From contig NC_092670.1 of assembly GCF_964355755.1 (NCBI RefSeq), forward strand, positions 29,500,388-29,564,387: 64,000 nucleotides of DNA, in the 5' to 3' direction. This DNA comes from Antedon mediterranea (taxonomy: Eukaryota; Animalia; Echinodermata). Numbering within the stretch: the stretch's first letter is position 1; every line of letters begins with the position of its first letter. Positions 54,878 to 64,000 of the stretch are shown piece after piece. A program made the translations under genes and the position numbers. The notes beneath the pieces are model-generated. The model was not told where the DNA came from. It saw only the letters and a program-made list of their open reading frames with translations, and did no database searches.

Positions 54878-55417
54878 TGTCACGAACTCCTCTTACGTAT
54901 GTTTCCGAGCGGTTGAAAATACTTACACAAAATCCACAAAAGTTGTAAAATAACTCAAAACAAAGCTTTAATTTCAATCAACTTCAACTTTCAACAATCC
55001 AGTAAGCACTTTAAACAACAGCTTCACAATAACTTTTACAATCTAATATCCAACCTCTAATATCCAACAACCTCTAGGCGTAATATCCAACAACCTTACA
55101 ATAGTTTTACATCCCCTTATAGGCCTATACAAGATGTTCCTATCCTTCTAGATCATTCTTTATACTTTGTATTCTATTGGATTACAGTTTCTATTAATAG
55201 CACTTCTGGAATGTTCCTGATTGTTCTTATTAATTATACATGGTTTCTTAAATAAAAACATCTTATTCTAGAATGTTCATGTAGATACTGTGTTAGGAAT
55301 GGTAATTTATTACAATAATAACTAGATTTTTAAAGATTAAAATATTAATATTATTAAGAGTACCAAAGGAAAGTAGCCTTATGTAGTTTAATTGTTGTCT
55401 ATTATACTATCATGACA
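54878..55417 (-). mobile_element. Solo LTR (Gypsy-like), 540 bp
   Basis: TGTCA...TGACA inverted termini (TGTCATGA/TCGTGACA). Minus-strand TATAAG box and downstream ATTAAA. No matching TSD seen. Confidence 0.6.
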
Positions 55418-56736
55418 ATCGTCTCAATACAAAATTATTATTACTATAGCTATTGGCGTGCATTAATCCGTTGTTAGATTAATTTAATTCTGTTTAATTA
55501 TATTGTTTCCAATGAAACATACAACACACTATTTCTAACAAACATTCCATTCCATTTAACGTTTTAATCTGACGATTTGTGAATCTATTATTGTACCTTC
55601 AGTTAGGAACCTCGGAGTGATGTTTCGATAGATGGATCCACAAGTTTCATTATGTCGTACTGTAATGTAATTATAACGTCCGAAATATTTCTATGATAAT
55701 ATAATGATAATGAAACATCAAACATATGAATTGCCGTTTTCCACCGATATAACCAACACGCACAGCTTGGATTAGATCAATTCAGTATGGGAATTCAAAG
55801 AAAAAAATGAATGAATGACACACATCACATTATTAGTTATGCCTACTTGTTATTTCTGTTCTTGTCTCTTAAAACGACATGAGATGATTGTAACAAATAT
55901 TGTACATATTATGTTTCATTTATAATTTGTATAAGGAAGTAAATAATACCAAAATAAGTAATAATTTACTGCCTATTAATATTTAACGAGTTACAGCTAC
56001 AACATCAACATGGCACCAACTAATATAATTTAATAGCATTATTTTGTCTCAAATTTTTCTTAAATGTGGTGTTTCGTGGATAACAGATGTTGTTAAGTAA
56101 TAAAATGCAATCGTACAAACAGGAACCACATCCTTTTAAAAAATAAATATTGCCTACTCAGTTAACCATACCTCCTCCAAGTAGTTCCAAAGAGATTTTC
56201 AATTGATTGGGTCTAGGATATAACAAAATACACACACACACCAACCAGATACAAAAACATACACAAAAGAGGAAAATTTCATTCTTCCATTGTCTTTGTT
56301 ACAAAAACGCATACATGTCAATAATATCGAAATTTCCGTGTGCACTGTAAAGAACTCAGTTCATTATTCCAGACGATTAGAGGTTACTGGTTCACAAAAT
56401 AACTCTGTTCAGGGGGATTACCACCTATCTGATAGGAGGACAGGGATTTATTTACTATTAGTATAGGCCTACATAAAATAAAAATTTGTAGATTTATATT
56501 AAGCCTAATTATATACTCATGTTTAAATGCTGTTACCTGAATGTTAATATAAAAATATAGAAATATAAAATTCTCTTCATCCATAAACAGATTCAACAAA
56601 TAAAAAAGATTCAAAAGATCACTTCTGCCATGAATTAATTCTTAATTCAACTTTTACTATTGTCCATGGTATAATACATTACAAAAAAAAAAGATGAAGG
56701 AGAGAGGACCAAAAACTTTTATCTATTGGTATATAA

Positions 56737-57414
56737 TTGATATATAATTTTCAAACAATCACTATCAAAGGTAAAGAAATTGAAATTGTTGACCAGTACA
56801 AGTATCTAGGTATTGTTTTCAATGATAAACTGAGTTGGGGAGACCATATAGACTTCATCAGCAAACAATTAAATCCCAGAATGTATTGTATGAGAACTTT
56901 ATATAAATTTAACTCCTGTGATTTGATGTTACTTTCGTTCTATAGTTCCGTTATATGTAGTGTTTGGACGTACTGCCTCTCCTGTTGGGCTGGTAATGTT
57001 ACCGGAGGGAATAAAGGACGCCTTGAAACTTTCATCCGTCGGGCTGGTAAAATGATTGGTCTGGAACTGCCTTCCATTACCGATGTGCACCTAGAACACC
57101 TCCAGAAAGATTTTGAACGCATTGAGTCGGATGCCTCTCATCCTCTCCACAAAGTGATCATAGACCAACTTAATCCAAGTGGTGGATTGAGGCTCCTCAG
57201 TGTGAAAACAAATCGATATGCCAAATCCTTTATTCCCTCCGGTATCATCCAGTACAACAGAAAGTCAAGAAGATAATTTTATCTTGTATTTTGATGTTTT
57301 TATATGAATGGTTTTATGCTATATTTGTTTTTATTGTGTTTTCTTGTTATTATGACGAGCAATGAATTTCCTTTTTGAGGATCAATAAAAGTTATCTTAT
57401 CTTATCTTATCTTA
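56737..57414 (+). mobile_element. 5'-truncated LINE 3' end (same L2/Rex-Babar-like group as 767-2370)
   Basis: IEIVDQYKYLGIVFNDKLSW, FYSSVICSV..YCLSCW and DASHPLH motifs; AATAAA plus (TTATC)n tail. Confidence 0.9.
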
Positions 57415-58605
57415 AACCTTATTCATTCAATAGAAAACAAAAACCGTTGATCATGACAGATATCAAAGGTAGGCGTAATAAACGTAAAGAGCTTATAAGC
57501 TTTGTGCATTAAGCACTGTATAAGGTCGACGTATTATCATTATTATTGTTATTAGGCAGTTTGGGCAACCTCTGTATCCGTATACCTATGGGCAAATTTC
57601 GTGTACTACGTCACACATTCTTTGTAGCTTGCATTGCATCAATACCGTACAATAAACCGTTTGAGGTTCACTCACCTTTATTTTCCACTTCAATACATAA
57701 TTTTGTTACATAATTTGATTATACAAATTCTTTGCAACCGAAATTGTTGTTTTTCTTTCCATTCGATTCTTATTATAAAACACTCAACACAGAACATTAA
57801 TTCAAAACCGCCCGGTAATATACTATACAATTTCATGAATTAATTAATTAGAAACGATAAAGATGGGGAAATCTGTGAGAATGAAAATAGTTCGTACAAT
57901 GTACATATATATATTTATCTTTGTATTTATTTTTTAGGTTTTTCAGGTTTTAGAGAATTTTTGAAAGGACCATATGTAAAACAAGTGCTACATTAGTACT
58001 TAATAAGTTGTTATATTGTATAAATATGTTTTAAATTCTTTCTCTCATTTCTATAAAACTTGACTAATTTATTATAATTTTAAAATGTTGTTGTTAACGT
58101 GTGTCTTTCATTAGAATGAATGGGATTTATCACAAAAAAATCAAGAAACAATATTCAAGTGAAAAGTCAGTATTTCTGCCTTAATTACTTGTTCAAATTC
58201 AAAATTCAAAAACTGTTATTGTCCAATATTCATAAAAAAAAAATAAAAAAATGGAAATTTGATGACACACACAACTACAGAAGCACAACATTTAACAGGG
58301 CCATATACATGGCTGCAGTTGCGTGCTCAAGTTAGTGTACCGACCAACCGACCAACATGGTGAGCTGTAGAGTCTAATAGACTAAAAATATAATATAAAA
58401 TGGAATAAGTTGATTAAAAATCGGAACTGAGATGTAAAAATGGTGAGAATTGCGTTTCAATTGGTAATTTAAACAATTTTAATAGAGTATATTATGGTGA
58501 TATCCTCTGGCAAACAATTGCACTCCCATCAATAAATTATGGTAGTACTATTTGGGTTGGTAGCAAAAGTGATTGTGAAAGAATTGAAAGACTACAATTA
58601 CAAAT

Positions 58606-59464
58606 GGCAAATTTTTTTTTCGTACATAAGTTGGGGACCCCCTCATGAAACGTCACAAAATAAACATGAATAATTCATCAGTTAAATTTTCTTGCTCCGT
58701 GTGCACCCAAGCGTAGCAACAAGAACAACTGCGATACGATTCTAGGCCTAGGCGATTCTCCACTGTTAGTTTTTGCGGCGTGCGATTTCATAAAAGAATA
58801 GCGACGTTTTGTGTGGATTGTCGAAATAATCTGTCTTTAGTTTTTGGTTTTTTTTAAATAGAATTTATTACTAAAGAATTACGTGTTAAAATTATAGTTT
58901 CTATTAATACTATTAGGCCTAATTATTAGTCTCTAAAGCTCGTGTCTCTTCTAGTAGTCTGTGTGGGTGTGTGTTAGCATGGATTAAAGAATAATTCTTT
59001 TATCCATGGTGTTAGGTACTCCGAGTAATAAGTCAGCAAAATTAAACAATTACATTACACAAAAATTTATTCTCGTGTTCATCCTTTGAGTACATGCATA
59101 TTGTTTGATAATAAAATAACAGAATTAAAAAATTACAGTACACACAATTATATACACATTCTTTATTCTCGTGTGTCTAAACTTTCTTTGGGCTATGACC
59201 AATACTACTTAGTTGAATGTGTCTTGCCTAGCTGTCGATTAGTCTAGACACATTTTGCATAGTGGTAGTGTGTGTGTGAAGAGTGCGCCAAGGCAATCAC
59301 GTGAATGCAAGGCCTAGGAAGAATCGTATCGCAGTTGTAATATCACTTGTTGCTATACGCTTGGGTGCACACGGAACAACAAATTTAACTGATGAATTAT
59401 TCATGTTTATTTTGTGACGTTTCATGAGGGGTCCCCAACTTATGTACGAAAAAAAAAAATCGCC
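58606..59464. mobile_element. Mutator-like MITE with ~150-bp TIRs
   Basis: 58606-58750 is the reverse complement of ~59310-59464. Termini GGC.A(T)nCGTA are related to the adjacent MULE TIRs. Confidence 0.8.
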
Positions 59465-59673
59465 TCGCGGAATGCGAATTTTTTTTTCGTAGGTAAGTGA
59501 GGACAAAAAATATGAATTATTCATGATATCCCAGTCAGAGTCATTTGCGCATGCGCATTACATTGATCGCGATTACGTCACCTTTCTCGCGCGACGTTAT
59601 GAAAAAATAAAGTTACACACAGCAGCTCAAAGAATTAAGAAGAAAACTTTTTCGAAATATAAAAAAGATAAAA

Positions 59674-61797
59674 ATGACGGTATCCAAATGCGAAATTTGT
59701 GATGATGAGGAGGAAGAACGCGATGTAATCTATGAAAAATTAGAGGTCAGTTATGCTTTATTATAATTTCATTATATCGTGTAGCCTGAGGCTGCCTGCC
59801 TCTCTCTATTTATCTATACTAGCTAGGCCTTTGGCGCCTAAGCCTGAGGAGGCTAGTTTAGAGAGGATGAAAGGACGACGATGATGACTCAGTATGAATG
59901 ATGTCAGTGCTGTCGCGCCTCCTTTGCAAACGCTCTCGGGCGAGTTTGTTACCATGCCCACAATAATATAGGTCAGGCCTAGCTAGGCTAGGCCTTTTAT
60001 AAATATTATTTTTATAGGATAAGAAGAAGAAGAAATGGCATATTAAATGATTTCATCAGATTGGAAAACAAATAGAGGGTTGTGTAGGCTATGCCATTGG
60101 TTGCTACAGTACTACTAACTACACACTAGCAACAGCGATGAGCGCAGTCGCAATGTACTGATGTATTAATAATAATAATGATCAATAATTCATTTAATAA
60201 TAATTAAATATAATGATAATGATGATGATAATAATTAATGATACTAATAATATTATGAATAGTAATAATTATGAATAAATTAATAATATGAATAATTTAT
60301 TAAAAATATTAAATAATTCAATTACAATCAGTTGAGTTACATCATCACTGTCAGAGAGATATGTAAATTGTAATATGTAATATACTTCCTCAGGCCATTC
60401 TACCTGCAGAATACCATCATGAAGTTTGTAAACATGAGCATATTGATGAAGTAAATTACACATGCTTTTTGCGGTTGAAGCTAACAACAGAGGAAGATGT
60501 ACAAAAGTGGCTTGAAGCATTTCAGAGGTCCTCTTCTTTAACTTGGAGAAAATCCAAGACATATCCCAATTCTGGGCGTTACAATACATACAGGGTAAAT
60601 ATATTTACATTACTTACTTTTTTCCCCCTAATAAAATTCAAAAAGATTATCAAAAAATAAATAAAATAAGAGAGTACATAATTGGATGCTATGTCTTTTA
60701 AGGAAGAGGTCATGTGTTCGAATCGCTCCAGGTTGAGATTAAGCTTCCCTTTTCACTCTTGAAAAATCTAATTTTATCACCACAATATTAGAACAAACAA
60801 GACAAATCTGTAGAACAAACTAATAAGAACAAATTGTGGCTGGAATTATAATTTTAATAATAATGATAATTATGATAATGTTAATGTCAAGTACTGGTTC
60901 GCTTAAAAAAAAGTGACAAACTGAGGGCAAGTAAATTTTAACATAATTTAGTTGTGCCATTTCCCTATTGCTTACTGTTTGTCTCTTGTCTTTAGGTTGA
61001 TATGAGATGCCAACACAATACCAGGTCATCCAAACCAAAACCAGGGAAAGGGACAAAAAACACAGGCTGCCCTGCTACCATGAACTTGGTATTAAAGAGA
61101 TCCATCACAAATTCAAAGTAAGTAACAGTTTCGCATTTTCGAAGAGTATAATTAATGATTTTTGGTGACAGTATATCTTTAAACAACAAGGATATAATTT
61201 TAGCAATCGATTCGAATTAGGCTATAGAAACATCAAATTTGATATACATAGTTTGAAGTTACTCAATGTTTCATTGCAATTTCCAAAAACTAGTTAACTA
61301 TTCAATTATCTTTCTCAAATTTATGCAATGCTTTTTGTTATTCAGGACCCAAGATCAGCATGTAAAACATGGCCTCCTCTTCAACGTAAGGCTTAAAAAT
61401 GAACATAATCACCGAATAACATGTGCTGATGCGCTAAGGAGAAGAGATGTCTCTGAGGATTCTATAGCCAAACTCAGAGACCTTTTTGAGCATGGACACT
61501 CGCCATCATCTGCTCTTGAGACAATAAAACATGATCTTGCAGAAGAACACGGAGAACAATATGTTTATGTTTGTGCAGACCGTTTCATGTGTCCTGATCT
61601 TCAGTTTTGCTACAGGTGGGTACTACACTGCCTGTTACGAGTATAATTATGCACACTAGTTCTCGTAGATATTGACTGAAATTTATTTTCTTTTTATGAA
61701 CAGATCATACTACAAGACCTTTCAAAAGGTATACGGAGCATCCTCAGGAGAACTTATGTATGTCGACCTTGAGAAAAGAGTACTGTACATGAGATGA
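59674..61797 (+). CDS. Spliced N-terminal part of a MULE transposase (WRKY/GCM1-like Zn DNA-binding domain), 252 aa; exons 59674-59745, 60394-60594, 60996-61117, 61346-61615, 61704-61797
   Basis: All introns are GT-AG and phase-compatible. The protein contains RCQHN...KNTGCPA...HNH. It stops early at a presumed deletion junction. Confidence 0.75.
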
Positions 61798-62410
61798 GAA
61801 CACTGCAGCTACCACTGGGAGCGGTCAGTCTGTCCTGCAGGATCCTCAGATTGTAAGGTTGGACTCCCTCAATCTACAGCGTTCTGCAGAAAATGCATTT
61901 CAGAATCGGGGAAGATGTACAGAAGCAACCGACGATGACCAGACTGACGATCAAGAAAGATTGAAATTAATGTTTGAAAAGCTCAGCAAGGCGGTGAATG
62001 AACATAGTGCTGTTTACAAAGCCCCTATAAGGAAATTCATGTCCGCGTTTGACAATATCACTACGGATGCTGCTTTAGTCTCTGCATTGGCTACTTTCGG
62101 TATATATAATGGGCACTCTGCTGCAAGGCAAATTAAAATCAGAGCGAAGAAATGCCTCCAAACGACTACCAAAATTGGGGTGCAGCCGACTGCCATAGCG
62201 AGGCGCAGGGTTCCATTGGGAGGAAGGCGAGCCTTAATAACTGGACGACCTCCAAAACAAGTGAACCAATCAGATCATGGTTATGCCAAGAAAAGGGGTA
62301 GCACCACAAAGAGAGGAGTTATCCCCAGAAGAAGAGCATCCGCACCTCACTCGCTATCTCAATGTGTAACAAATAACGCATCTCTTGGACAGACACATTC
62401 CACAAAGTAG
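61794..62410 (+). pseudogene. Out-of-frame C-terminal tail of the MULE transposase
   Basis: Open frame ending IGVQPTAIARRR...GRP...PHSLSQCV. No DDE core or SWIM finger is seen between it and the N-terminal exons. Confidence 0.6.
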
Positions 62411-63382
62411 AAATGAATGATCAAGTATCATAAGGCCATAAAAACAGGAGAACATTCAGAATGATGTAAAAACATTTTAAATGGGAAGAAATTACACTTA
62501 TTTTTTAATTACATCTATTTTTGTCACCAAATCACAAACTGTTTGTTGTTTAAAATTAAAGTTAAAAAATATCTACAGGAACGGACACTTGCATTAGAAA
62601 CTATTTAATAAGCGCTATTTCTATATTTTGATAGTCTTTTAGTATTTTTATGAATAATTATATGGTTCATTGTATGTCTTTTTTGCTGTTCTTTCAAAGG
62701 ACCTCATTGGAAACAAGTCCGTAGAGGACTTTATGAGTTATCCTTGGCATTCTTCTTGTTTTATTCGGTCTTATGTCTCATGATTTTTTATATATGCTAT
62801 TTTTTAATTGTATGTCTGTGACTTTTTATGTACGGATGCCGAAATAAATCAAATCAAATCAAAACCATTAGATAGACGCTTTTCATGCGAACTTGTTATG
62901 AATGGATGTATTGTCTTAAAACTGGAACGCTAGTTGACCAACCACAGTACTGTTCTGATTACTATAATTGTTCAGGAATTCGATAAGAATTTTCAAAGTC
63001 AATTCTCCACTTAACTACACAATGCCTTGGTATCACCATGGAGTACTCTAGTAGGCTAGCGCAGTTAGCTAGGCTGTTGTCCCAGCTACTTCTAGGCCTA
63101 CTAGGCCTTACTAATATAATACTAATAGCTACTAACGCGGCATATTTTCGAGATACAGTAAATTAATGTATACTTATATTTATTGCTAAAGCGAATGGCT
63201 GTGTCGTCAAAAAGTAGTTTGTTTTATCCATGAAGCAAAACACTCCATGGTTTATCCATATATATGATATAGAGAAAAGAATTATCCTTCGCGGAAGTCG
63301 CACATGCGCAATGGATGTAGTTGAGACGTCTTATGAATAATTCATAATTTTTTCCTCACTTACCTACGAAAAAAAAATTCGC

Positions 63383-64000
63383 TCGCGGAATACCCCTTGC
63401 GCTACTCTTTATGGGGAACTTGGGTGGTCAAAAATCTCATCTATTCAAAATATAAATAGAATTAATTATATGGAAAGAATTTTAAAGATGGAAGACGAAC
63501 GTTGGCCTAGGATATTACTGAAAACAATACTTAAATTGACAGAGAACTTTAATGATCTATTATCTAAAATCCTATTATGTGTTCAAAATATCATTGATAA
63601 TTGTGGTACACATGATATTTTTTCTGATATTCGAAATGGTAATGATAACTTTGATGCCAACTGGGCTTCCAATACAAAAATAATTATGAACGATCCAGCT
63701 CTCTCTCATTGGGTTGAAGACGGTAAATGTAAAACGTCAATTGGATATTATATGTAGGCCTATATAAAAAATGAACCAAAACATGAACAGTATCTACTTG
63801 ATAAAATTGACTTTGAAGGAGCATCGTTAAAATTTAAGCTGCGATTAAACACCCTTCCCCTTGAAAGAAAAACATCTAAATGGTCAAATGACCCTAATGC
63901 GAATGGTTGTTGTAAATTGTGCAACAGAAATGAAGAAGAAACCATTATGCACTTTCTCTTAACATGTACCACTCTAGAAGAAGAGAGAAAAAACCAAATT
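63383..64000 (+). mobile_element. LINE ORF2 C-terminal fragment (RTEX-like, CCHC zinc knuckle)
   Basis: SRNTPCATLYGELGW...MEDERWPR, then after an in-frame stop FKLRLNTLPL...CKLC...EETIMHFLLTC. Confidence 0.8.

Larger units (their letters stand above)
59474..63382 (+). mobile_element. Mutator (MULE) DNA transposon, internally deleted, 3.9 kb
   Basis: TIR GCGAA(T)nCGTAGGTAAGTGAGGA..AAAATATGAATTATTCAT at both ends. Perfect 9-bp TSD TCGCGGAAT (59465-59473 and 63383-63391). Contains a spliced transposase-like gene. Confidence 0.9.

Noticed and set aside
60675-60735. tRNA gene (GTTCGAATC B-box)
   Set aside because: Only a degenerate fragment without a cloverleaf; probably a tRNA-SINE remnant in a transposase intron.

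Overview
AT-rich, intron- and transposon-dominated eukaryotic (invertebrate metazoan, plausibly echinoderm; this is inference only) DNA. There are no prokaryotic features and no CRISPR. The main host feature is a minus-strand gene that the ORF track splits and misreads. A signal-peptide exon (18948-19112) splices in phase 0 across a 14.5-kb intron to an exon at 4333-4464, giving a 98-aa neuropeptide-type precursor. The precursor has a KR site and a C-terminal disulfide-loop peptide TSGSHDNTLQKIRMSQWCRKMQISC. A second small secreted-peptide-like ORF (38317-38505) with a related C-x-K-M loop lies upstream on the same strand, and TATA-box/first-exon candidates lie at ~42.4 kb and ~37.9 kb. The rest is TE-derived: L2/CR1-group, RTE and RTEX-like LINE fragments; two inverted non-autonomous Helitrons flanking the signal-peptide exon; 8 HINE/DINE-1-like elements; a four-level nested MITE stack; Harbinger-, Kolobok- and hAT-like MITEs; a 5S-derived SINE; a solo LTR; a 3.9-kb Mutator element with a 9-bp TSD and a spliced but internally deleted transposase; a 52-bp tandem array; and a CAG/CAA microsatellite. 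All gene models were read by eye and need RNA evidence.
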